Shown here one piece after another: positions 30,110 through 39,647 of a stretch of DNA of 64,000 bases; within the stretch, counting starts at the first letter, position 1; each line of letters begins with the position of its first letter. The position numbers and the translations under genes were made by a program. The notes below the pieces were generated by a model that saw nothing but the letters and a program-made list of their open reading frames with translations, searched no databases and had not been told where the DNA came from. Source of the stretch: a virus (lineage: Duplodnaviria; Caudoviricetes); IMG/VR virus record IMGVR_UViG_2824139951_000003, positions 1,313 through 65,312 of that record. One strand, 5' to 3'.

Positions 30110-30830
30110 CTCGGACGGCTTCCAAAGGACATCATCCGCCCCGACGCGCAGTCAGCACCTGCGCATTCGCTCTCATGGCTGCACGCCGCCAAGGCCGGTT
30201 TTGACCTCTTATCGATAGGCTCCGCGAAAGCCCCGGCGACTCGATTTGGACATCACATCCGGCGTGCATGCATGAGACGCCTCATTAAAGAGGCGAATTG
30301 CCCTCTTACGACTGGAGATTGCCTCGTATATGCAGCATGCCCCGAGGTCGGCACCTCAATCTCCATGCTCGAAAGCCGTCCGTTGTGCCGCAGGGGTGGA
30401 CGAAGCCCTGGTACTATCGGCAGTCGAGTCCCTTACTGAACGCCAAGTCGTTGCGCACCATACTCGCGGAGAGTGCGCACACTTTGGCTCTGCGTCAGCC
30501 CATCCCTTGCGGATGGTGGCCGTTTCGTGTGCCTACGGCTTCATTGCGCGCCGATGCACGCGAAGCTCCAAAGTCGGGCGAGCCGTTTGTACTTTCGCGG
30601 CTGCGATTTCCCCCACCCACGCGGAGCATTCCTGAGTTTCGCTGGCCGAGTAGTTCGCGCCCCGGAACAACAGCTACTTCCTGCGGCCCGCGTAGACCTG
30701 GGAGGGATGCTTCGTATGAGTGCTGGTTACGGCTCCAGCGTCCGCCTGATCTTGCGGTCGATTGTTCCTGCGATATGCGAATAACCGGCGATTCTGCGCC
30801 GATGTAAGGCTTTATTCCGCTTTTGTCGGA
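30110..30830 (-). ncRNA. Putative structured non-coding RNA region (stacked hairpins) in late operon
   Basis: No convincing ORF; multiple inverted repeats, e.g. ctcatggctgcacgccg/cggcgtgcatgcatgag. Confidence 0.4.
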
Positions 30831-30887
30831 ATTATTCGGCCTGTTACCAGTATTTGTCCGCTATTTGCGTACAGGATCGGACAGCGA

Positions 30888-31187
30888 TTAAGCCGACATA
30901 CAACTCGATCCACCAAGCCCGGACGGGCATTGCGCGCCATTCGGACAGACATATCCCATTACTTCGCCTAGATTCATCCCACATTTACTGCAAGACATTT
31001 TATCCGCTTGGGGAAACTGGTATGGCCACGTGATAGAAGGCGTCGGCATCTCAACATTTACATGCACCCTGATTTGGCCATTCCGCTCAAGCCTCTCCGA
31101 CATTTCATTGACGAGCTGCGCCATACGTTTGGTTGTTTGGACGAGTTGGCTTAACAGTTCAAGAATCTGAGTTTCTGCTTCGCTCAC
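30888..31187 (-). CDS. Hypothetical protein with C-terminal Cys cluster
   Basis: GTG start overlapping upstream stop, GAGGAGG RBS; CSKCG...MGYVC...C. Confidence 0.65.
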   Translation of the reverse strand: MSEAETQILELLSQLVQTTKRMAQLVNEMSERLERNGQIRVHVNVEMPTPSITWPYQFPQADKMSCSKCGMNLGEVMGYVCPNGAQCPSGLGGSSCMSA

Positions 31188-32368
31188 GTTGCCTCCTCGA
31201 ACATATCTGGTACGACTGTATGACGCGAAACTTGACCAAATTTTTCGTGGTATGTAATGGCCGTGGCAGATCGCTCGGAAAGCCATCCGCCGCGCGCGGC
31301 ATACGCGTCTCGTGCGGCTAACGTTGGGTGTTGAATCACAGTGAATCCACTGTGTTCCTTTTCTTCCACATGATGCCTATGCCCGGTATGGCAATACCGC
31401 TTCGTCGTTTCGCCCCAGACCTTCGGGAACTGTGCCGCGAATAGCAGCGGGAGATCCTGATTTTTGCGGAGGTGACCGTGATGGAACGCCAGCATCGTCT
31501 TGCCGTGCTGGTAGACGTAGTAGGGCAGCTCCGACTGAATCACCGTGACGCGCGGCTCGTTCTCGTAGAGCGCGCTGAACATGGCGCGCAACCAGATCGA
31601 GCTTGAGATGTCGTGGTTGCCTTCGGCGAGCAGCACAACGACCTGCTCATGCTTCTCAAGCGCGAAGTCAACGATCCGCCGAAGGACGCGGATCGCCGTC
31701 GCTACGACCTTCGCGTACCGGCCGTCCTGATCGAGGATGTGGCCATGCATTGGCGTGACCGGCATCAGACCATTCGACCCGTCCGAATGCAGGAAGTCGC
31801 CAAGCTGATTGATGAAGCCAACTTTGGCCGATGGCGCCGCCTGCACCATATGCGCAAACGCTGCCACAAGAGTCTGCTCCGCAATCTTCAGGTCCCAATC
31901 GTGACCTCCTTCGCGATGCCACGCAAGCGCGCCTACGTGGCTGTCCGTAAAGGTGTAGAGATTGCACAGGGCATCATCAACCTTTGACGGACCGCGTGCA
32001 GCGTGAACGCGGGGCAGCGTTTCGGCCATGGCAGCGAACGCCTCGCGCAGGATTTCTTCCTGGCGATCTCGATCAACAGACGACTTTACCCATTGACCGC
32101 GGGGCTTACCCTCGTCGTCGTAATATGTGCTGACGCCCTTGACGATGAAGCCGTCAGGGACGGTATGCGTCATATCATGCGCCGGCGACCAACCAATTTT
32201 CGTTGCACGCTGCTCGAGCCGATCAAGCGCGCGAATTAGAACGCTGTGATGGACGCCGACTGCGGCTGCCGCAGCCGTAGCCGACTTATGCTGCTCAACA
32301 GCGTCGAGAAACGTGGCTTCGCGCGCGTCTGCCCACTCTCGCAAGCGCGTGTCATAGGTTTTCGCCAC
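31184..32368 (-). CDS. Calcineurin-like metallophosphoesterase with N-terminal HTH
   Basis: DSH.G, GDFLH.D, GNHD, HHGH, GH.HH motifs. Confidence 0.85.
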   Translation of the reverse strand: MAKTYDTRLREWADAREATFLDAVEQHKSATAAAAAVGVHHSVLIRALDRLEQRATKIGWSPAHDMTHTVPDGFIVKGVSTYYDDEGKPRGQWVKSSVDRDRQEEILREAFAAMAETLPRVHAARGPSKVDDALCNLYTFTDSHVGALAWHREGGHDWDLKIAEQTLVAAFAHMVQAAPSAKVGFINQLGDFLHSDGSNGLMPVTPMHGHILDQDGRYAKVVATAIRVLRRIVDFALEKHEQVVVLLAEGNHDISSSIWLRAMFSALYENEPRVTVIQSELPYYVYQHGKTMLAFHHGHLRKNQDLPLLFAAQFPKVWGETTKRYCHTGHRHHVEEKEHSGFTVIQHPTLAARDAYAARGGWLSERSATAITYHEKFGQVSRHTVVPDMFEEAT

Positions 32369-32377
32369 GCCAGTCCC

Positions 32378-32596
32378 TCAGGATGAAAGTTGGGGAGCCC
32401 ATTGACCGCACCAGTGTTGCGGATCGACTTCAGGATTCTTTAGCTCGCTAACGCCCGACTGGTAGTCATAGACGTATTGCGGCGGATTGAATCGACAGAA
32501 AAATCCCTCGGCACGCTTGTAGAATGCGAACCGGCACTCTTTACAAATGTGCTGCGCTTCCGCCATCACGACCTTGATCGTCTTTCTAGCCGCCAT
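32378..32596 (-). CDS. Small Zn-finger protein
   Basis: CKEC...C.FNPP...WCGQW. Confidence 0.7.
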   Translation of the reverse strand: MAARKTIKVVMAEAQHICKECRFAFYKRAEGFFCRFNPPQYVYDYQSGVSELKNPEVDPQHWCGQWAPQLSS

Positions 32597-33345
32597 TATG
32601 CGTCGCCCTCAGTCGCATACCGCCACCGGTAACCATATGCGCTTTTCGCCCGACTCCTGCAAACAGCAGTGATCGAGCTTCTGCTGGCTTTAGGGTGACC
32701 ATTCTCCGCAAGCCATCGCGCAGCGGTTTGTGTCGACCCAAACCGAATCCCATTCTCAATACATACAACAGGTGTAGCTTGGACGGAAAGATCGCCGCGA
32801 GTTTTCGCAACTCTGTCTTCTTCCGTCACCCGCTGCATAGGGCCTTTCACAATCTCGCGCAGTCTTTCGGCGGTAATTTGCCCGTCACCCGAATTGGCAA
32901 ATTCCCCATGTAGCCGAGCAGCCGTCGCGCAGTAAGCGCGGTGCGCCTCTTCAGCAGTCAGATACGAGCCGAGGAAGACCGTCTTGCCGTCGGCTTTGAT
33001 GTTTGCCAGCCAGCGATTGGTCTTCGCACGCCAGTACACTCCTTTATAGCCAGAGGCAGCGACGCATCGCCTGTTCTCGGCGTTCTCTTTGTGGGTGCAC
33101 TCCCGCAGATTGCTGCGTTGATTGTTCAGCGGGTTCCCATCAATATGGTCCACTATGCGACCGTCATTGAGCGATAAGCCCATGAGGCGTCGATGTAAGA
33201 ATTCAACATATACTCGACCACGGACCTTATAAGACCTTACGGCATAACCTTTTGTGCTTATAGACCAGGTCAACTGCCGTAAATCCAGTAAATCCTCAGT
33301 ATCGACAAGGATTTCTTGACCCTTGTTGGTGTACAGAATTGCCAT
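32596..33345 (-). CDS. HNH endonuclease with AP2 and NUMOD1-like DNA-binding domains
   Basis: VDHIDGNPLNNQRSNLR, SGYKGVYW...LG.Y.T.EEA..AY, SAYGYRWRY. Confidence 0.9.
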   Translation of the reverse strand: MAILYTNKGQEILVDTEDLLDLRQLTWSISTKGYAVRSYKVRGRVYVEFLHRRLMGLSLNDGRIVDHIDGNPLNNQRSNLRECTHKENAENRRCVAASGYKGVYWRAKTNRWLANIKADGKTVFLGSYLTAEEAHRAYCATAARLHGEFANSGDGQITAERLREIVKGPMQRVTEEDRVAKTRGDLSVQATPVVCIENGIRFGSTQTAARWLAENGHPKASRSSITAVCRSRAKSAYGYRWRYATEGDA

Positions 33346-33439
33346 GCTGCCTCGCTCTAAGGCTGCTCGAATAGGCCGATACGGCACCGCGCGAGCGACG
33401 CGGGCTTCGGATGCCTCCTAGCCGTATCGGGAAAGTTGG

Positions 33440-33568
33440 TTAGTTCGCTGAAACCAGTTTTCGTAAATCGTCGAGTTGCGTGACATACCACGCCAACAGA
33501 GCCGGATCGAGGTTGCGCTGACGTTCTAGCGCTTGCTCGATGCTGTCGATAATGGCTTGCGGGGTCAT
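33440..33568 (-). CDS. Small hypothetical protein (42 aa)
   Basis: MTPQAIIDSIEQALERQ...; ATGA coupling. Confidence 0.45.
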   Translation of the reverse strand: MTPQAIIDSIEQALERQRNLDPALLAWYVTQLDDLRKLVSAN

Positions 33569-33693
33569 GAGAACCGTTTCCGAGACGAGATGCGGCGCGT
33601 GTTGCTGCTCGGCCAGTGGAGCGGGGCTTTCACCTCACCAGCAAGCAAAGCCACGATGCGCGAGAAGGTATCGAACTTCGTATTCTTACTCAT
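33565..33693 (-). CDS. Small hypothetical protein (42 aa)
   Basis: MSKNTKFDTF...; coupled to next ORF. Confidence 0.4.
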   Translation of the reverse strand: MSKNTKFDTFSRIVALLAGEVKAPLHWPSSNTRRISSRKRFS

Positions 33694-33791
33694 CAATTTA
33701 ACGTTCTCAGGTCGCAATGACTGGTACGGCCGGCGCTTCACAGCGAGCAGCCCACACAAGGAAGTAGGCCAATCATTGCGCCTGAGAACGC

Positions 33792-34064
33792 TTATGCTTT
33801 ACTGAAAATGGATTCCAATCGCTTCCAAGCCTCGCTTCTTTTCTTGGGAGCGATTTCTTCGCCGAGAAAGGCTTCGAACGTCTTGTGCGCCGGCTTCTCG
33901 CCTTCATCCGGCGTGCGACGCCCTGATTCAGACAATGGGCGATTACCCATTTCAAGGCGCTCGCGTTTCGTCGGCGTCTTGCCCGATGCCTCAGCCCGAC
34001 TGCGCTCAAGATTCGCCAATGGATCGCCGCCGAACGAACCGGAGAATGTTGCGGAACGGGCCAT
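33792..34064 (-). CDS. Hypothetical basic protein, first gene after tR'
   Basis: MARSATFSGSFGGDPL..., 90 aa. Confidence 0.55.
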   Translation of the reverse strand: MARSATFSGSFGGDPLANLERSRAEASGKTPTKRERLEMGNRPLSESGRRTPDEGEKPAHKTFEAFLGEEIAPKKRSEAWKRLESIFSKA

Positions 34065-34075
34065 GACGGAGCCAA

Positions 34076-34112
34076 AACGAAAAGCCCCGCGAGCAATTTG
34101 CTGGCAGGGCTT
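34076..34112 (-). terminator. tR'-like terminator downstream of late promoter
   Basis: agccctgc...gcggggct followed by tttcgtttt. Confidence 0.65.
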
Positions 34113-34229
34113 AGGGAATTCTGGGGACGAGTTTACCCACTCGCGGAGGAAATCTGTGAGCCACTTGGCTCTACTATTCGACTCAATAGCCTGTAGGGCT
34201 AAAGAACCACTACTGAACAGTACGCTCAT

Positions 34230-34259
34230 AGTATAAACACAAGATTTAGGACCGCGCAA
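34230..34259 (-). promoter_or_regulatory. Late promoter pR'-like
   Basis: TTGCGC-18 nt-TATACT downstream of Q-like gene, about 120 nt before a terminator. Confidence 0.6.
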
Positions 34260-34293
34260 GATTTATTTTCTAGATGTTGTTTACTCGCGCCTA

Positions 34294-34608
34294 TCAAATG
34301 TTGCCCTTTAGCTTTCCGGTGAAAGTAGGGAGGTTTCCCGCGTAGGGGTTCCCGCTCACGCCCTTAACTACGCGCCTGCCTTTCCGGCTAATAGTGGTCT
34401 CACGCGGGTCTGACCATCCTTCCCCAAGTGCAGGATTTAATTCGGTCGCTGTCGTCGGAGCGGTTACGCGTCTCGGAATCCACTGCATGAAGGGCGTGAG
34501 ATTCTCGGCGTCCTTCACAAACCAGCGTCCCGTCTCAAGCGAAAGCTGCGCCCCTTTGCGCTTCGCAGATTTCTCCTGAGATTCCGGCACATCAAGCCAC
34601 ACGATCAT
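34294..34608 (-). CDS. DUF5710-like domain protein
   Basis: WLDVP..(Q)EK.AK.KGA......RWFV......F.QW. Confidence 0.6.
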   Translation of the reverse strand: MIVWLDVPESQEKSAKRKGAQLSLETGRWFVKDAENLTPFMQWIPRRVTAPTTATELNPALGEGWSDPRETTISRKGRRVVKGVSGNPYAGNLPTFTGKLKGNI

Positions 34609-35159
34609 GTTGGCTCCTTGAGCAATGCATTTGCTTTCGCGCCGGTTGCAGCAATAGATCCCATTAGGCACGTCATCACGCGGTCGAAGTTCTTTTGGTG
34701 CTTTGACATTGAACCACTCGGCAAGCCAGCGTTTTTTTCGCGCTCACCATCGCTGTAGCGTTTAACGCCAGAGCCATCGCATTTGTTGCATTTATCGTAG
34801 TGCGCGCCGAGAAGAACCGTCCCGGTTCCGTTGCAGGTCGCACATGCGTCGCAAGCGAATTCCTTGAGGCAAGCCGTTGCGAGCATCGTGGCGTAACTCA
34901 ATTCGACGCCAAGTGAGCATTTCGCTTTGTGCGCGAGCAAGGAAAGGGCGCGCTTGCCCGATGCAGCGTCTGATCCGTATTTGAATCGGAAAAGTGCCGC
35001 GCCCAAATGATCCGTAAGGCCAAGCGCAGTGATGCGATCGATGGCCTTCTGTTCGCGCTCGTTCCACGCGAGATTAGAGCTTCGGACATCGCTTGCGATC
35101 TTGTCTTTGAACATCTCAACCCCGCACATTAAGGATTCCATAATTATACTTCGATTCAA
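34605..35159 (-). CDS. Late antiterminator Q-like protein
   Basis: C..C.G.G...C.KC.G.G Zn finger; last early-right gene before pR'. Confidence 0.7.
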   Translation of the reverse strand: MNRSIIMESLMCGVEMFKDKIASDVRSSNLAWNEREQKAIDRITALGLTDHLGAALFRFKYGSDAASGKRALSLLAHKAKCSLGVELSYATMLATACLKEFACDACATCNGTGTVLLGAHYDKCNKCDGSGVKRYSDGEREKNAGLPSGSMSKHQKNFDRVMTCLMGSIAATGAKANALLKEPT

Positions 35160-35171
35160 TCACTTGCGCTT

Positions 35172-35489
35172 TCATCGGAAGCCGTATTTACGCTGCACAT
35201 CAAGCGCTTTTTCGCGCGCCTTGCAGCGCGGATAATTCCCCGGCAAGAACAATTCGACATCTGCCGATAGGACGCGGCCACATAACGAGCGTCGCTGGCG
35301 AAATCCGATCAGATCCCCAAGCATCCAATGCACCTTGTTTCCGCCAAACGCCTTGAGCGCCCATTGCGGAAAGCCACGTCCTTCTGCCGCGCCGCCGCTA
35401 AAGAAGCCCTCCAGAATCTTTCCGTCGACGAATACGACTGGCTGCATTTGACCCGGCACGATAGGCGTCAGACGCACAACACTCTTCAT
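35172..35489 (-). CDS. Hypothetical protein
   Basis: Coupled ORF in nin region. Confidence 0.55.
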   Translation of the reverse strand: MKSVVRLTPIVPGQMQPVVFVDGKILEGFFSGGAAEGRGFPQWALKAFGGNKVHWMLGDLIGFRQRRSLCGRVLSADVELFLPGNYPRCKAREKALDVQRKYGFR

Positions 35490-35710
35490 TCGCACTCTCC
35501 TGCAATGTTGATCCATTCATACCCAACGTTTCGCTCCGATTGCACCCTAGCCGGATCATCCACCCCATCAGGCAACGGTTGATCGCGGAATTGTCGGCGT
35601 CGCAGTGTCGGTGTAGGAGTGCGGTGAGAGGCGATGAGAATCACCAGAATGAGCCACGCGAAGGTGCCGAGGATGAATCCGGTTGCGAGACCGGCGAGGA
35701 AGGGGTTCAT
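35486..35710 (-). CDS. Small membrane protein
   Basis: MNPFLAGLATGFILGTFAWLILV; ATGA coupling. Confidence 0.6.
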   Translation of the reverse strand: MNPFLAGLATGFILGTFAWLILVILIASHRTPTPTLRRRQFRDQPLPDGVDDPARVQSERNVGYEWINIAGECE

Positions 35711-36309
35711 GACCATTCCTTGATGTTGACCGTATTGACGGTCACCACACCATCGAGAACCGCATCCATTGCCTCCCACGATCCAGCATGCACCGTGAGG
35801 AATTCCTCTTTGGCGAGCGACGCACTATGGGCATTCGACATCGTGCGGATGTTGTAGCTCGGATCCGCGAATGATTTCAGGCGCCGATAGCGGTCAGCGT
35901 CGATGCGCAGCACTTCATTCTCCTCCGTCAACATCGCATTCATGGCTCGCTCAGACGCCAGGACATCTGGCGATGACTCGGCACGAGCCTTGTCGGCTTC
36001 CGCGTAGAGGATTGTTGCAGCGCGCTTGGCGGCGTCCATGCCAGTGCGGGCTGCATTCGCCTGGAGGCGGGTGGTCTCCCGCAACCTCCTTACCTCCGCA
36101 ATCAGTTCGAGAATCGCTTTCGGTTGTGCTGCCGCCATGAATCTCGTAATTCCGGTCGGGCAGGGATGAGCGATCTCGTCGCACTCGCCAGCGAAATCGC
36201 CGCCGTCCGGATACTTGCACATGACCGTGTTGCATCCGGCGTCATACCAATCTCCAGTCCAAAGCGCGCCCTTCGCCAACTCTTCTAGTTTTTCCAAGTC
36301 GATAGTCAT
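35707..36309 (-). CDS. Ead/Ea22-like protein
   Basis: IDLEKLEELAK.A..G.W, FMAAAQP.AILELIAEV, DADRYR. Confidence 0.75.
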   Translation of the reverse strand: MTIDLEKLEELAKGALWTGDWYDAGCNTVMCKYPDGGDFAGECDEIAHPCPTGITRFMAAAQPKAILELIAEVRRLRETTRLQANAARTGMDAAKRAATILYAEADKARAESSPDVLASERAMNAMLTEENEVLRIDADRYRRLKSFADPSYNIRTMSNAHSASLAKEEFLTVHAGSWEAMDAVLDGVVTVNTVNIKEWS

Positions 36310-36497
36310 TTCGATTCCTTCAGAACGCACCAGGTATGCGTGCTTCCCATCATTGAGGTATCGTCGCTCATCTGACGAATTGCACTGGCCGCATATTCGC
36401 AAGCAGGGCGATCATAGAATTCCTGCATCGCCACCGACGTCCCTGCATTGACATGCGATACAGCCAACAGCACCCAAGTAACCACGCTCGTTGTCAC
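36306..36497 (-). CDS. Small exported protein
   Basis: Hydrophobic N-terminus, QEF.....CE.A...WCV.K. Confidence 0.6.
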   Translation of the reverse strand: MTTSVVTWVLLAVSHVNAGTSVAMQEFYDRPACEYAASAIRQMSDDTSMMGSTHTWCVLKESK

Positions 36498-37135
36498 GCT
36501 GCCTCCCTCATACTTTCTCTCCTAGCCTTTGCACGTCTTGCTTTCTTGCGGAAAATCCGCTTGATTCGGGTGAGGTATTCAATGTCGAATTTCCGTGGCG
36601 TCTGATCCGCTTCAAGCGCTTCGATAGCCTCAAGCCCAAATCTGGCCACCATTCCTTTTCTCATTTCAACGGTGTTCGATCCCAAGTACCTATTGCATTT
36701 CACACATTGCGCCGCACAATTTTTCAGGTTGAAGCGGTGATGTGCAGCGCTGCCGGTGCTCCGATAGTGACCGCAATCGACAGCGCCCCCAAACGCCTCC
36801 CTCGATGGGATGCCACAACTAATGCAAGGCAACCCGTAATCGCGTTCCCGCACATAGGCGTTAAAGGCTGCTTGCGCTTCCTTCAAATGCGCCCCGCGTG
36901 TCTTCGCCTTCTCCAGCGCCTCACGAATGGACTTGCGCTCGTCGCGTTTGGCTCGGGCCTCTTTCTGCGCCTTCTGCTTTGCTGCGATGGCTACGGCGCA
37001 CGAAACGGAACATGCAGCCTGGAGCGATCGCACTGGAACGAACGCAGTGCCGCAAGACTTGCACTTGCGCGGCCTCAACGCCTTCTTGACTGGGAGAGTG
37101 GCGCGGATCAAGCCAGCCCCCAGTCTTTTCGCCAT
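36494..37135 (-). CDS. ninG: NinG/Rap recombination endonuclease
   Basis: AQAAFNAYVRERD...PCISCG, DCGHYRS.G, QCVKCN. Confidence 0.92.
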   Translation of the reverse strand: MAKRLGAGLIRATLPVKKALRPRKCKSCGTAFVPVRSLQAACSVSCAVAIAAKQKAQKEARAKRDERKSIREALEKAKTRGAHLKEAQAAFNAYVRERDYGLPCISCGIPSREAFGGAVDCGHYRSTGSAAHHRFNLKNCAAQCVKCNRYLGSNTVEMRKGMVARFGLEAIEALEADQTPRKFDIEYLTRIKRIFRKKARRAKARRESMREAA

Positions 37136-37584
37136 TGCACCCACGGCTTGCGGATATGGGTGTGGAAGTAGTCGGCTGCGCCTTCGTTCGAATCCAGTTC
37201 GGCGCGACTCTTGATTTCACACTGGCAGCGAACCCAGAGGGCGCATTGATCGGAGTCGTGTACCTCATCGCCGAACGTCTCACCGATGAATCGCCAGAAC
37301 TGCTCGTCGGCGCAAAACTGAGCTGCCAACTTTGCCAGCGCGCCGCCCTTAGCCGCTTCGGCTTTCGGCGGCTGCACTGGCTGTTCGTCATCGCCTATTT
37401 CGACCAGCACCGCGGCGAGACGATGGCCAGCCTGTTGTCCCTTGCGTACCGTCAGCGCGCGGAACGCATCGAGGTCGCTCGAATCGGGAAGCCAGAATGT
37501 CACCTTGCAGCCACCGTTGTGCGATTCGCTCCAGCCTGCTAGCTGGAACTCTCCCGAGAATGTCGGAGTGATCGTGCTCATCAA
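37108..37584 (-). CDS. Hypothetical nin-region protein
   Basis: C.IKSRAELD.N..A...F motif. Confidence 0.7.
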   Translation of the reverse strand: MMSTITPTFSGEFQLAGWSESHNGGCKVTFWLPDSSDLDAFRALTVRKGQQAGHRLAAVLVEIGDDEQPVQPPKAEAAKGGALAKLAAQFCADEQFWRFIGETFGDEVHDSDQCALWVRCQCEIKSRAELDSNEGAADYFHTHIRKPWVQWRKDWGLA

Positions 37585-37808
37585 TAACTCCTTGACCGCG
37601 TAACATACGAACGCGCAAATTCTTGTTGTGCGGCATCGATCGGCTGATGCCCGCCATCTACACGACCGTTTCGCCAGCCGTGGAAAAACGAACGGCTTTT
37701 GTCGCTTCCTGGCTCGGGGTCGCCCGCATAGCCGGACCGATAACCGGCAATCACGTCGTCATCGATCCACTCAAACTCTATGAATTCGAAAGGCTTGAAT
37801 TCGCTCAC
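37581..37808 (-). CDS. Hypothetical protein
   Basis: GY..GY...PEP....SRSF.HGWRNG..D. Confidence 0.6.
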   Translation of the reverse strand: MSEFKPFEFIEFEWIDDDVIAGYRSGYAGDPEPGSDKSRSFFHGWRNGRVDGGHQPIDAAQQEFARSYVTRSRSY

Positions 37809-37947
37809 GCAAACCTCCCCACACAGAAAGCCCCAACAATCGCTACCTGAATCGCCCACCACGTCACGCTACCCGGGCCAATTCTTCGATTAGCGAGAGC
37901 CGTCGTAGCACCCACTAAAGCAGCAGCCAGAAAGAGTCCGCTTGCGT

Positions 37948-38169
37948 TCATGCCGCCTCCTTAGCCTCAAACCAGCGCCCGCGTTCGCCACAGACTCCAA
38001 TCGCCATCGCCATCAGCCATCCCTCGCCATTGCGATGTGTGTCGCAATATTCCCAGCGCGGCTTCGCGCCACCGGTAACGCGATCAATTTCCATGTTGCG
38101 CGGCGATTTGCAGATAAGTGCTCCGGCGCGGTCGAGCTTCGAATGCTTGCAGTTATTGCACGTCTTCAT
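37948..38169 (-). CDS. Small Cys-rich protein
   Basis: CNNCKH...C...C...CG..G.WFE. Confidence 0.7.
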   Translation of the reverse strand: MKTCNNCKHSKLDRAGALICKSPRNMEIDRVTGGAKPRWEYCDTHRNGEGWLMAMAIGVCGERGRWFEAKEAA

Positions 38170-38402
38170 GCGTCCTCCGTTATCGCTGCTTCGATACGTG
38201 CTTGTCGTGCACGGCTCTCGTCGGCCTGCCGCTCTGCCAATTCTTCTTCGGCGACGTAGTGAAATTTCTTGGCGAGGCCAGAGAATTCGGCGATCTCGAA
38301 GATCGCGACACTATCGACACCCTTAGCGGTGACGTTCTCAACATGTGCAAGCTTTGCCTTGAGAAGGGCGATCAATTCCGCAGTATTGGTCTGCATGGTC
38401 AT
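38166..38402 (-). CDS. Hypothetical protein
   Basis: Coupled ORF MTMQTNTAEL... Confidence 0.55.
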   Translation of the reverse strand: MTMQTNTAELIALLKAKLAHVENVTAKGVDSVAIFEIAEFSGLAKKFHYVAEEELAERQADESRARQARIEAAITEDA

Positions 38403-38403
38403 G

Positions 38404-39471
38404 TTATTCCCCGTGTTTGAGCAGGTAGCTGTTGCTGATGGCCTTGAAGCTGAAGCCCGAATCGACGTGTTTGAACACGATGCCCTCGCGCTTGGCTCCG
38501 TTGATGCCCTGACCTTCGGCGCGGTCGAGAATCTGGCTGATGGTTTGGCCGACGTCGTTAAGAACGATGTAGCCGTGAACCGGCACATGCTTCAGTCCGA
38601 GTTGATCAGCTAATGCGTGCGTTTCAGTCGGCGATAGGTAGGCTTGCGCGTCGATGTCCCACACGTCATAGACGAAGAAGTCGTGGAAGCCATCGGGGAA
38701 CTTCTCGAAATTGCTCTGGATGCCCGATCCGCACAGTTCGCCCTGGATGGCGAGGTTTCGGCCCAGCGCGCGAAGCTTTTCGATGATCTGGTTCTGACGC
38801 GCCGTGATCCAGAACTGATTGCCTTCGGCCTCAACCAAATCGAGATTGCGCGAGCACACTCCGCTGAGCTCGTCGGGCATGTTGCCTTCGCCATCCGGCT
38901 TGGCGTTCTGATCGTAACGATCAGTGCCCTTGGCGACGTAATAGACGGTCATCGAACTGCCGTCCATCTTGGTCGACTCTTGAAACGTGTGTTGGCCCCA
39001 GTCTTCGAACAGATCGCGGATGTTCTGGACGCGCTCTTGGTCGGTCTTCGGAATGAACGACGGGAAGTTGCCGCGCGCCGTACCCCCCAGGCATGCGGGA
39101 AGTGGCTTTTCCCACTTTTCGATACCTAGCGCTTCGGTCACATCCGAATCCTCAACGGCATCGATTTCCGGGTATGCCATAGCGGGCAACAATAGCCCTT
39201 GCGACAGTTGCCCCTTCAGCTTCATCGTCTTGATGCGCGCGCCGATCTTCCCTTCCCATTTGATGAACTTCGTCTCAAGGAACGCATAGCGCACATCCGT
39301 CGACGGCAGGAACGAATCGATCTCGAAGTACACACCCAGATCGCCGATGGCGAATTCGCCTTTCTTCACGACGCATTGCCAGCCGTCCACAATTGCGAGC
39401 TCGATCATGTCTGCACCTTCAATTGGGCGCAGGGCGGAAACACGACGGATCGTTGCAAGTTTGCGGCTCAT
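38404..39471 (-). CDS. ATP-dependent RNA ligase, DRB0094/Rnl2-like family
   Basis: MSRKLATIRR N-domain, VYFEIDS, KMDGSS (motif I), QGEL, FFVYD, EGIVFK, FKAISN.YLL. Confidence 0.92.
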   Translation of the reverse strand: MSRKLATIRRVSALRPIEGADMIELAIVDGWQCVVKKGEFAIGDLGVYFEIDSFLPSTDVRYAFLETKFIKWEGKIGARIKTMKLKGQLSQGLLLPAMAYPEIDAVEDSDVTEALGIEKWEKPLPACLGGTARGNFPSFIPKTDQERVQNIRDLFEDWGQHTFQESTKMDGSSMTVYYVAKGTDRYDQNAKPDGEGNMPDELSGVCSRNLDLVEAEGNQFWITARQNQIIEKLRALGRNLAIQGELCGSGIQSNFEKFPDGFHDFFVYDVWDIDAQAYLSPTETHALADQLGLKHVPVHGYIVLNDVGQTISQILDRAEGQGINGAKREGIVFKHVDSGFSFKAISNSYLLKHGE

Positions 39472-39647
39472 TCAGATTTCTCCTGCTTATCGTTGAGGTT
39501 GTTGGCGGCCAGGGCGCGACGCTGCGCCAGATACATGATCTTTTCAACCGCTTCTACTCGGCACGGCAGATCGAGCTTGTGCATCAGGTCGATCACTTCT
39601 CGGCGCGTGAATCCCGAAGGCTGCTCGATTACGTTTGATCCGCTCAT
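39468..39647 (-). CDS. Small hypothetical protein
   Basis: Coupled ORF, AAGGAG RBS. Confidence 0.5.
   Translation of the reverse strand: MSGSNVIEQPSGFTRREVIDLMHKLDLPCRVEAVEKIMYLAQRRALAANNLNDKQEKSE

Noticed and set aside
35445-35475. TPIVPGQ in ORF 35172-35489 as in-window target of the decoded NN series
   Set aside because: Only a partial match; several dinucleotides disagree, consistent with chance
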